Shown here: one piece after another, positions 38,764-47,440 of the stretch
Layout: every line of letters starts with the position of its first letter
Position numbering within the stretch: position 1 is the first letter of the stretch
Virus record (IMG/VR): IMGVR_UViG_3300005534_000001
Span: 1-64,000 of that record
From: a virus
Reading direction: 5' to 3' (one strand)
DNA: 64,000 nt
Position numbers and translations under genes: made by a program
Notes under the pieces: generated by a model
What the model was told of the DNA's origin: nothing
Databases searched by the model: none
What the model saw: the letters and a program-made list of their open reading frames with translations, nothing else

Positions 38764-39373
38764 ACCTACAAGACACCAAAGATTATCAGGACTACTGGCG
38801 TGGGAAAGTAGGAAGGCCAGTTCAGCGGATCTGTAACCTTGGGTTCCAATGGTTGCCGTCTAACTATGATCCTCTGACAACCATTGACGCGGAAAAGTGG
38901 GCAGCACATTTCCTCCAAGTCCTCCGCGAAAATCCCGAAATCATCATTGACCACGATTTCATGCTTACATGGTTCTCCAATGCCATCATGCGTGGATACG
39001 ATGAGCGGTGCTGGCAATCGCTTCAGTACAAGCGCAGTATTCGCCGTGCTCTGTTCTCGCGCTGGAACTGGCGTCACTATGCCATCGCCGATTGGCTCTC
39101 GCCCAAACTCCGTGGCCCTGAATGGCGCAAACATCTTGGATTGGAAGGTGCAAAGTGAACGTAGCTCTTATTCTCCAGATCGGACAACTTGTTGCCACTC
39201 TTGGCCCTATTGCGCTGGACATGGCGCTGAAGATCCAGGCTTTACTTGCTCCATTGGGGCCGGATATCGCCGTCAACATTAAAGCATTGGGTGATGATGC
39301 AATCGCCGCAGACGCCGATACCGTGGCCGCCGTGAATGCTTTCTTGGCAGCGCATAACCTGCCGGCGATTTAA
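38760..39373 (+). CDS. two hypothetical ORFs (38760-39158, 39155-39373)
   Basis: ATGA/GTGA coupling; the second is amphipathic and Ala-rich. Confidence 0.6.
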
Positions 39374-39379
39374 ACAAAC

Positions 39380-39572
39380 CTGCTCCCGTTGGCAGTGCAA
39401 GGTGCAAGGTAAGCAACGGGTGGCTGGACGACTCTTGCAATTAGAGTTGCATCCCGCGTGGCTCTCACTGGCCACGTAAAAGAATCGTGCAGTGAGTGGG
39501 GGGATGAGCGGCTCGAAAATTGGGCTACTGACACCTAGGCAAGGGCGGCTGCCGAATAACATGGCCGCCCGT
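39380..39572 (+). ncRNA. candidate structured noncoding RNA
   Basis: Stems CCCGUUG/CAACGGG and GACUCU/AGAGUU; CAUCCC/GGGAUG enclosing CUCACUG..CACG/CGUG CAGUGAG; GGGCGGC/GCCGCCC. No credible plus-strand ORF. Confidence 0.5.
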
Positions 39573-39580
39573 CAATTTCA

Positions 39581-40282
39581 ATGACCAAACTCAGGTCAGT
39601 AATCTCAATCGTTCTCAGTCTCTCAGCCATCTTCGCTCTGTGCTCTGTGGGCTATTTCTTCATCCATTTAAGCCGAACAGCAGACGCACTGGCAAATACT
39701 CCAGAGAGCGCAAATAGGACGCTTGAATCCATTTCGGCGACATCGGCCAAGCTCTATGATACGACAACCCAATTAAACGATACGATTGCTCTTGCGAATA
39801 AACGACTCTTCGCGGATGGCGGCCTAATCCAAGCAACTCAGAAATCCATCGTGGCCTACAAATCAGTTGCCGTGGAAGCGGCGATAGGCGAGAAAAAGTA
39901 TTGGAATGAACTGGAAACCGGAACGACTGAGGTTCTGGGCAACGCGAATAAGGCGCTCCAAGGATTGACCACGGCAGAAGTTGGAGTAACGGCAGACTTC
40001 CACGAAAGCACGGCTCATCTGAATGCAGCAGTTGACCGAATCGGCCCAATGGTAGACCAGGGCGGGAAAACGCTCAGAACGGCACAAGGCGCAATTGAAG
40101 CCATAGACGTACCAGCGGTAAACGAAAGCCTCAGAAACGCAAGCCTAGCAACGGGGAATGTGGCTGTAGCAACTGGCGACATCAAAGACGCGGTACATCG
40201 GTGGACGAGGCCGGCATCGGTGCTGAAGTCGCTGGCCATTAATCTGTTGGGATTGGCGGGTAGCGCGAGGGCGTTCTTTTGA
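39581..40282 (+). CDS. membrane-anchored helical protein (i-spanin-like topology)
   Basis: N-terminal TM followed by an Ala/Thr-rich coiled coil. Confidence 0.6.
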   Translation: MTKLRSVISIVLSLSAIFALCSVGYFFIHLSRTADALANTPESANRTLESISATSAKLYDTTTQLNDTIALANKRLFADGGLIQATQKSIVAYKSVAVEAAIGEKKYWNELETGTTEVLGNANKALQGLTTAEVGVTADFHESTAHLNAAVDRIGPMVDQGGKTLRTAQGAIEAIDVPAVNESLRNASLATGNVAVATGDIKDAVHRWTRPASVLKSLAINLLGLAGSARAFF

Positions 40283-40662
40283 GCGACGAACCGCGCAAGA
40301 AAGCCTCTTATGTGGGAGCGCCAGCAGTGTTCGCTCTTGAGCAAGCCTGCAAAGACATCAACGATGCTTTCGGCGGGTACCGTTGCTATTTGGTTGGATC
40401 GGCGCTTGAACGTGGGGATTGGCGGGATGTAGATGTCCGCTACATTATGGAAGACGAAGAGTTCTCCGTGCTCTTTCCGAATGCTGGCCAGCAGTGGGAA
40501 CAAGATCCGCGCTGGCTATTGCTCACGGTTTCTATTTCGGAAAGGCTTTCCAGAATAACTGGGCTGCCGATTGATTTTCAGATTCAGCCGCAAACTCACG
40601 CCAATGAAAGGCATACAGGAATGCGTTCTGCAATCGGATTGAGAATATACAAACCAGAATGA
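40279..40662 (+). CDS. minimal nucleotidyltransferase-like protein
   Basis: YLVGSA.....RDVDVR (GS + DxD) and LPIDFQ. Confidence 0.7.
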   Translation: MSDEPRKKASYVGAPAVFALEQACKDINDAFGGYRCYLVGSALERGDWRDVDVRYIMEDEEFSVLFPNAGQQWEQDPRWLLLTVSISERLSRITGLPIDFQIQPQTHANERHTGMRSAIGLRIYKPE

Positions 40663-40752
40663 AAATCTCCGACTTGCTAAATTCCACAGACAACAGAAAA
40701 GGTTCACGCTTACTAAGTCTTCTCGGTAGATTCTGGGGGAGATACCGAGATT

Positions 40753-40780
40753 GAGGGGCTGGAGACGGCCCCTCGCTTTT
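40753..40780 (+). terminator. probable intrinsic terminator
   Basis: GAGGGGC/GCCCCTC stem followed by GCTTTT. Confidence 0.55.
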
Positions 40781-40802
40781 ATTCCCCGGCATCACACTCT
40801 TT

Positions 40803-41111
40803 ATGACCACTCAACAACTTTTCATACCGCGTGGCGTATTTGCCACCAAGATCATCATACTGGCGTTCGCAATTCCACTCGCTGCCATACTCGCTATCCT
40901 GGCAATAATACAAACAGGGAGTGTAAACGTGGACCCAGATACTATCGCAACACTGTGGAAGGCATTCTTTGGGCTCAGCGGAGCCGCTAACCTGTTCTGT
41001 GTTTACAAGTTAGCCGTGATCAGCTATCAACATAAACTCATGTGGACCGACTTCGAACGGCGTAAGCGATTGAACGGTGGCCACAGTCAACACTCCAGCG
41101 ATGGGGAATAA
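40803..41111 (+). CDS. small 2-TM membrane protein (holin-like topology)
   Basis: Two hydrophobic segments and a charged C-tail. Confidence 0.55.
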   Translation: MTTQQLFIPRGVFATKIIILAFAIPLAAILAILAIIQTGSVNVDPDTIATLWKAFFGLSGAANLFCVYKLAVISYQHKLMWTDFERRKRLNGGHSQHSSDGE

Positions 41112-41145
41112 AATTTACGAAAACAGAAAAATGGTGAAGGTGTTG

Positions 41146-41176
41146 ATGACAGACTTAAGAAACAGCGATAAAGTCT
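41146..41176 (+). promoter_or_regulatory. putative promoter with overlapping inverted repeat
   Basis: ATGACA-17 nt-TAAAGT; AGACTT-N14-AAGTCT overlaps both boxes. Confidence 0.45.
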
Positions 41177-41197
41177 CCCATAGAGGAGATTTTTTAT

Positions 41198-41323
41198 ATG
41201 AAAAAGCTGTTCTTCATAGTGGCATCATGCGTTTTACTCTTTGCTCTCATTCGTCCAGCGTCCGTTCCGGTGGATGGTCCCTGGCCGCCTCCGCAGTGCT
41301 TCCCGCCACAGGTCTGCAACTGA
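41198..41323 (+). CDS. secreted Pro/Cys-rich peptide precursor (41 aa)
   Basis: Not in ORF track. SD AGAGGAGA; MKKLFFIVASCVLLFALIRPASVPVDGPWPPPQCFPPQVCN. Confidence 0.8.
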   Translation: MKKLFFIVASCVLLFALIRPASVPVDGPWPPPQCFPPQVCN

Positions 41324-41342
41324 CCGACTCAGGAGGTTGGGC

Positions 41343-42011
41343 ATGAATCTCAACCTCCTGAATTATTTTGTCGGGATCTTAGGAACCGTACTGTACATTG
41401 CCGTTTTGGTTCGCGTCATCACCAGCAAGTTTGCTCCTCATTTGTCAATGTTCCGCGTTTATTTGGCCTACTGGTCGCTTGCTTCAATCAGCATGGCATT
41501 CGCGACTTTATGGCCTACCGCGTACCCGCAAATATATTCTGTTCTCGCGGCGCAAATTGGCTCTGTTGGGCAGGGCATTATGGCCTTGGCTCTAATCAAT
41601 ATCACTCTGGCAAAAGTCAAAGACAATTTATTTCCGATTGCGTTCTTTGTGATTACAGCCGCGCTGCTGTTCGTTGTCTTCTTGGATGGAACTCCGAACA
41701 CGGTTTCCTCTTTGCTGAGGCTGGGCTGGCGCTGGGATGCGGTTGCTGGGTTATTACTGGCTTTCACGTTGATGCGTTCTCAGGTGTGGCGCTGGGAATA
41801 CTCCTATTCGGTAATCGCCTATTATCTCTTGGCGCAAATCACTCTTCACATCGGCGCAGTCTACCTCCAGAGCATCTGGAATGACACCCACTTCGGGATC
41901 GTGGCGCTTGCTCATCAATTGTCATGCGTTGGGCCGCTGTGGTGGATGACTCGGAAAGTTTTCAGGATGACAAGGCCAGCAGAATCCAAATCGTATGGAG
42001 TTGGTGCTTAA
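41343..42011 (+). CDS. 7-TM membrane protein, candidate peptide receptor
   Basis: SD AGGAGG; about 7 hydrophobic segments by eye; no soluble output domain. Confidence 0.8.
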   Translation: MNLNLLNYFVGILGTVLYIAVLVRVITSKFAPHLSMFRVYLAYWSLASISMAFATLWPTAYPQIYSVLAAQIGSVGQGIMALALINITLAKVKDNLFPIAFFVITAALLFVVFLDGTPNTVSSLLRLGWRWDAVAGLLLAFTLMRSQVWRWEYSYSVIAYYLLAQITLHIGAVYLQSIWNDTHFGIVALAHQLSCVGPLWWMTRKVFRMTRPAESKSYGVGA

Positions 42012-42014
42012 TTT

Positions 42015-42455
42015 ATGACCGACAAGCACAGTATCGAAGAATTTTCGGATTTTGCCAGCGGTGAGCGTCTACGAGAAGAGTTGCGGAGCGCAGGATTTGC
42101 TAAGGCCGCCGATGCCATGCTGGTTATTGACGCTAAAGGCAAGATCGTAGTGGTCAATGAACAGGTGACAACGTTCTTTTGGTACACCGAAGCCGAATTG
42201 CTGGGCGCGTCCGTTGATATTCTAGTACCTGAGAAATTGCGTGATGCCCATGCTCAGCACCGTACAGATTACGTTGATAATCCGGTTGTGCGTTCAATGG
42301 GTGCTGGCCGGGAATTGAGCGGACGGCGCAAAGACGGCAAGGAGTTCCGGGTTGAAATCAGCATCAATCCCCTGCCTCATAGAAATGAAATGTTTTTCAT
42401 GGCCATCGTGCGAAGGCCTACGGTGAAGATGATTGCATCGGGCGTCCAAGGCTAA
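42015..42455 (+). CDS. stand-alone PAS-domain protein (FixL-like)
   Basis: DAMLVID..G.I..VN...ELLG..V.ILVP...H...Y...MG.GREL.GRRKDG.EF.VEIS. Confidence 0.9.
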   Translation: MTDKHSIEEFSDFASGERLREELRSAGFAKAADAMLVIDAKGKIVVVNEQVTTFFWYTEAELLGASVDILVPEKLRDAHAQHRTDYVDNPVVRSMGAGRELSGRRKDGKEFRVEISINPLPHRNEMFFMAIVRRPTVKMIASGVQG

Positions 42456-42459
42456 GGAC

Positions 42460-42909
42460 ATGGCAACTCGCGATCAGATGATCGCCGATGCGCTCAAGGA
42501 AGTTAAAGACGGTCTCAAGGATTTAGGAAACAAGTTTGACAACAACAAAGACGAGCGTAACCGCGAGATGGCCGAATTTAAACAGCAATATGCCAGAGAA
42601 ATGGCCAAACTGGAAACACAAGTCAAGATTTACGCCGGTATCGCTGGGGCCCTGGGAATGGCAATCGGTACGGCAGTTTCAAAGTTGTTAGTGAGATAGG
42701 GTTTTCATAGGAGCAACAAAATGGCATCAACCATACAGCACGCTTTTCTCATTATCGCTATCATCTGTTGGTTTCTTTCGTCATGTGCAGCAGTGTTCGG
42801 ATATTTCATCCCGGCAACTCCCGCGACCAATCCCTATTACGGGCGCTCGCTGGCAATTCCCTTTATCGCCGTGGGGTTATTTTTCTACGGCATGGCAATC
42901 TATAAGTAG
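42460..42909 (+). CDS. two small membrane proteins (42460-42699 coiled coil + C-terminal TM; 42721-42909 2-TM), holin-like
   Basis: Hydrophobic segments; AGGA/AGGAG RBSs. Confidence 0.6.
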
Positions 42910-42916
42910 CGGCGGC

Positions 42917-43683
42917 ATGTCAGCCGCAGGGATAAAACCCTCTCGTAACTTTAAATCTTCAGAATTTATCCTGGAGATAGACGAAAACGGCGAACACTTC
43001 TGGGTTGGAGATGCGGGCGAGAAATTGACGGAGTTCTTGAGTTTCAAGGCTGAAGATTATTCTCCGAATACCAAGGTAATACTTTACCCGCCATTAACGC
43101 GCACTCGCGGCGATAATGGTGAGACATGAAGAAGTTCAAAAATAACGGGCAAAGAGTAATTGACCCGACAGAGAATGTCATGTCTCTTGTCGCGGCAGCC
43201 CAAAAACGGCAGGATGATCTTCGAGAAGCGGAGAACAGGCGAATTGATGATCTCAGAAAACAGCAAGTACAGTACGAGCACGAATTGCGTACAGTCCGTT
43301 CGCAATATCAGGATGAATTAGCTCAAGCAGAATCTAAGCGCATTGATGCGCTGGCAACGGCGGAATCGCGAAGGCTTGACGCTGTTCTTGCGGGCATGAA
43401 GGCAGATGTGGCACTCGCTAGCGAAAAAGCCAGTGCGACCGCAGCAACCCTCGCCGCTTCCGTAGCTGCTACGGCAACGGCCACGGCATCACAGATTAAT
43501 GAACTGCGGAACACTCTTGATAAGAGGCTTGCCGCAGTGGAGCAAAATCAGTATCAGGCGGGCGGAGCACAGACGCAACGCAGCGAAGGGCAGAAATCGA
43601 ATCAGTGGGCAATCACGACCGCGATTGTCATTGGCATGGCCGTCATTACATTTCTGCTATCTCGTATCTGGCCGGCCCATTAG
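42917..43683 (+). CDS. hypothetical ORF (42917-43129) and coiled-coil protein with C-terminal TM (43126-43683)
   Basis: Heptad pattern; hydrophobic C-terminus. Confidence 0.6.
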
Positions 43684-43697
43684 GGGTATGCGATAAC

Positions 43698-44105
43698 GTG
43701 ATTACAGCATCTCAAATATTGGCCCATCTCTGGGGCGATTACATTTTCCAGTCCGATTGGATGGCCAACGGTAAAACTAAGTGGTGGTTTCCGTGTGCGA
43801 TGCACGTCCTGTTCTATTGTCCAGCATTCTTGCTTTTCCATCCGAGTTGGCAGGCAATGGCGGTCATCGCAGTGACGCACTATTTCATTGACCGCTATCG
43901 GCTGGCCCGCTTCGTCGTGTTCGCAAAGAACTGGTATCTAAAGAAATTCGATTTCTGGAAGCCGATGCCGGTTGGATGGCAGCATAAAGTAACTCCGACT
44001 GGATACCCAGAGTCAACGCCCGATTGGTTGGCGGTCTGGCTCCTGATCATTGCGGACAATATCCTACATCTGACAATTAACGGTCTTGCGCTGAGGTATC
44101 TGTGA
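43698..44105 (+). CDS. DUF3307-family membrane protein
   Basis: AHLWGDYIFQSDWMA..K...HV..Y...HYFIDR...DNILH. Confidence 0.85.
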   Translation: MITASQILAHLWGDYIFQSDWMANGKTKWWFPCAMHVLFYCPAFLLFHPSWQAMAVIAVTHYFIDRYRLARFVVFAKNWYLKKFDFWKPMPVGWQHKVTPTGYPESTPDWLAVWLLIIADNILHLTINGLALRYL

Positions 44106-46000
44106 GCACAACAGCCCCATATCTAATTGATCTTCTGCCAGCCGGCAGCAATGCAACCGTCCTGTTCCATGAAATGGGATGGTTTCAGAAGTCTCCGAAT
44201 GGTCACCGAAATGTCGGCTACAACAGCGACGATCAAGTGACGGTAGATCGGCATCTGGATATGATCTTGGCGTTCGGCAGGGGGATTCCAGCTTCGCGGC
44301 TAGGAGTTATTCTGGACTGGTACGGGCCGGGATTCAAAGACCCATATATTGACAAAGCGGGATTGCTGCTAAAAGCCGGTTGTGAAAAGCGGGGCATGAA
44401 ACTCTCGCTCTGCTTCGATCATGGGATTCCCGATGTTCCAGGAGCAGTCGCATACGCAGCGCAGAATTATTTCGGTTCGCCGGCGTTCTTGCGGCATTCG
44501 AGCGGCAAATTATTTGTCACTGACTTCAACACGTCTGCCGATTGGAATACATTGTCCGCTCAATATGGACTGCATTGCTGCCGATGGACAAACGCGAAGC
44601 CGGGAGGGTACGCATGGATCAAATGTGGCCCTGGCGATAACCCTACGGCAATAGACACCCTTTGCCGTGAAAATCAACTCGTGGAAGTTCCTGGAGTGTG
44701 CGCTGGTTTCGATGACGGAGATCCGGCGAATATGGCGCAATCGAAGTGGGGCGGTCCACGGCGAACGGCTGGGTATGAGAACGGCCAAGCGTGGCTGAGA
44801 ACGTGGAAGAGCGTACCAGTAGAGGCGCAGATCATTCAGGTCATCACATTGAGCGACATTGACGAGAGAACGGGAATAATCGGATGCTTGGGAGAGAGCC
44901 TGCCAGCCGATTGTATTTTGCCGGTCGGCGGAGTAATCCCGAATGTGCTTTCAGGTACCCCGGCGCTCAATCCTCCTAAAATACCGCCCAAGCCTACGCC
45001 AATCCAGCAAGTACCCCCGGCGCCCAAAATCGATTACCAAGCCAACATCCTGAAGGCTGGCGCGTACCTTAGAGCATGCGTTGCCCCAGACGGCGAAATC
45101 CTGATGGCTCTGGACTCGCCAATCGTAAACCCGTATTTCTCGAATCTGGCAGCCCTCGGAATGTGCCATGATCCAGCGTGTATTCCATTTGTCATCAATT
45201 GGATGAAATGGTACATCGCCCATGAGAATTTCCCTGACAAATGGGGTGCGATGGGAACGGTATACGATGCGTCCGAAGTCGGCGGGAAGTCAGTTTCGAG
45301 TAACGGAGCCGATTCAACGGATTCTTACGCAGCAACGTTTCTGAGTGTGGCGTGGGCGCTCTGGAATACTGGCGATGCGACGGCACAGGTTTACGTAAAA
45401 TCTATTATTCCGCAATTGCTTGCAGTCGCTGAAGTAGTGCTTCAAACTCAGCAGCCAGACGGTCTTACATGGGCGCTGCCTAATTATCATCAGAAGTATT
45501 TGATGGACAATTGCGAAGGATACCGAGGTCTTATGGACTTCGCATCTCTGTTGCGCGTGACTGGAGCGCAATATACCGGAGATTATTATGGGCGAAAAGC
45601 ATCCGAAATCCTCAACGGTCTGAAATTCATGTGGCTGGGCAAGTTATGGTCTCCATCCAAAGACGAAGCCGGGACCATCGCACAGCCGAACTTGGCAACT
45701 TGGTATCCCGATGCCGTTTGCCAGTTATTTCCAGCAATGCTTGGCGTTGACCCAAATTCGCAGATCACTTACGCTGCATTCAATAAATCTTGGCCGAAAT
45801 GGTCAACCCTTGAGCACGGATCAGATACTTTCCCTTGGTGCCTCTGTGCTTACGCGGCTGCGATCATGGGCGATACCGTGCGGGCAAACGAGTTTATTAG
45901 CGCAGTCATGGCGAAGTGGGCAAACGGATTTACGTGGCCTTTCTTCTCTGCTGAGGCTGGATGGTTTGCTCTGGCTAATGCTATGATGGGCAAGAAATGA
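44102..46000 (+). CDS. two-domain glycoside-hydrolase-like protein (GH71/99-like barrel, Pro linker, alpha/alpha-toroid domain)
   Basis: GWF...GYNSDD..V..H.DM...GVILDWYG; Pro-rich linker; PYFSNLA, DSTDSYAATFL, DGLTWA, YLMDNCE. Confidence 0.6.
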   Translation: MSTTAPYLIDLLPAGSNATVLFHEMGWFQKSPNGHRNVGYNSDDQVTVDRHLDMILAFGRGIPASRLGVILDWYGPGFKDPYIDKAGLLLKAGCEKRGMKLSLCFDHGIPDVPGAVAYAAQNYFGSPAFLRHSSGKLFVTDFNTSADWNTLSAQYGLHCCRWTNAKPGGYAWIKCGPGDNPTAIDTLCRENQLVEVPGVCAGFDDGDPANMAQSKWGGPRRTAGYENGQAWLRTWKSVPVEAQIIQVITLSDIDERTGIIGCLGESLPADCILPVGGVIPNVLSGTPALNPPKIPPKPTPIQQVPPAPKIDYQANILKAGAYLRACVAPDGEILMALDSPIVNPYFSNLAALGMCHDPACIPFVINWMKWYIAHENFPDKWGAMGTVYDASEVGGKSVSSNGADSTDSYAATFLSVAWALWNTGDATAQVYVKSIIPQLLAVAEVVLQTQQPDGLTWALPNYHQKYLMDNCEGYRGLMDFASLLRVTGAQYTGDYYGRKASEILNGLKFMWLGKLWSPSKDEAGTIAQPNLATWYPDAVCQLFPAMLGVDPNSQITYAAFNKSWPKWSTLEHGSDTFPWCLCAYAAAIMGDTVRANEFISAVMAKWANGFTWPFFSAEAGWFALANAMMGKK

Positions 46001-46242
46001 GAGATATAGTCGTTGCTCTTCTCGTGATTTTTATTGTCGCACTCGTAGTTTTTACGAGATGGATGAAAACCATCCAGTTGCCGCGATTAATTGCCGAAAG
46101 AACACTGCTAGGAATCCCGAGTGGCCAGAGTTATTGGAGTTGGCCAAAAGACAAGAAACTTGAAAGATTAGTTTCTGAGCGCGAACTGAATAGGTCACAA
46201 ATTAAAATCTTGGAGATGCTTGGATTTATGGTGCATGGATGA
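45997..46242 (+). CDS. small N-anchored membrane protein
   Basis: N-terminal TM segment. Confidence 0.55.
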   Translation: MRDIVVALLVIFIVALVVFTRWMKTIQLPRLIAERTLLGIPSGQSYWSWPKDKKLERLVSERELNRSQIKILEMLGFMVHG

Positions 46243-47294
46243 GCGAACACGATGAACTTCAACAGATTTTAGGGGATTCCGCAGGCCGCATTGACTCAAG
46301 GAATGCCAGAGCAGACCAGTGCGAACCGTCCCAGCCTACTTCGCCAGCGGTAACCGAATCAGCAAAGGTCAATTATGCTCAATGGGAAATTGAGCCGAAT
46401 GACATGTTTTTGGCGACTGGCGGAACTCGTGCCACATTACCACCGGGCGTCTATCGACTACTGGAAGATCAACGCGGAATTCACTTCGCTCGCGCCAATG
46501 TCCTCACAGACAAACTGATTGACCTGCACGATTCGGCTGCCAATGAAATCCTTGATGGCATCCGCACGTTCTGGAAGTCCAAAGCCCATTTCGATGAACT
46601 CGGAATTCTGTACAAGCGCGGTTGTCTGCTCTGGGGGCCGCCTGGTAGCGGCAAGACGGCCACAGTTCAGCGACTCATGAAAGAACTCGTTGATGATGGC
46701 GGGTTTGTGATTCTCTGCGATAGCCCACGATTAGCAGTTCATGCTCTGGCGCAAGTTCGACGCATTGAGCCAGACCGGCGTTTGATCGTTGTCGAGGAAG
46801 ACATTGAGGAAATCATGAACCATCACGGTGAGCATCAATTGCTTGCTTTGCTGGACGGTGAAAACCAGATTGCAAATGTCGTCCACATCGCCACTACGAA
46901 TTATCCCGACCAACTAGGGGCGCGAATCATCAACCGTCCAAGCCGATTCGATGAAGTGAAGAAAATAGGGATGCCGAACGAATGGGCAAGAGCAGCATAT
47001 TTCAAAGCCATTCTCGGCACAGAGAAACTTGCGGATTACGGCGGCGAGGAACGGTGGGTCATGGACACTGAAGGCATGAGTATTGCCCACTTGCGCGAAT
47101 TGGTTGTTGCTGTTTATTGCTTGGGGCGCGGTTACGAAGAAACTCTTGACCGTCTCAAGAAAATGGGAATTAAACCAAAGAGTCATGAAGACGGATTCAG
47201 CAATGGCAGAGACTTCGGTATCGGCGCAGCGGCGAATCAACTTAAATCAACGCCAATGAATGCCCCTGCAAAATCTAACGGCGGATGGCGGTGA
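46239..47294 (+). CDS. AAA+ ATPase (classical clade, BCS1-like)
   Basis: YKRG.LLWGPPGSGKT, VEEDIE, LLDG, ATTNYP..L..RI.NRPSRFD. Confidence 0.9.
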   Translation: MSEHDELQQILGDSAGRIDSRNARADQCEPSQPTSPAVTESAKVNYAQWEIEPNDMFLATGGTRATLPPGVYRLLEDQRGIHFARANVLTDKLIDLHDSAANEILDGIRTFWKSKAHFDELGILYKRGCLLWGPPGSGKTATVQRLMKELVDDGGFVILCDSPRLAVHALAQVRRIEPDRRLIVVEEDIEEIMNHHGEHQLLALLDGENQIANVVHIATTNYPDQLGARIINRPSRFDEVKKIGMPNEWARAAYFKAILGTEKLADYGGEERWVMDTEGMSIAHLRELVVAVYCLGRGYEETLDRLKKMGIKPKSHEDGFSNGRDFGIGAAANQLKSTPMNAPAKSNGGWR

Positions 47295-47440
47295 GGAAAT
47301 TCTGCCGTACTCCGGGCCGTGCCATAACCCGCTATGAAGCATTCAGGCGGTTCGGAATAAAGAACTCAGTTGGTTTCACAATCGGCGGTTACGGCTGCGG
47401 ACCTGAGTATTACTACCGATTCTTGGACTGAAATTGGTCT

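Noticed and set aside
41077-41346. ORF-track 89-aa ORF and the N-terminal extension (41241) of the membrane protein
   Set aside because: Both overlap the peptide ORF 41198-41323, which has a strong SD and a signal peptide. The membrane protein has its own AGGAGG before ATG 41343.
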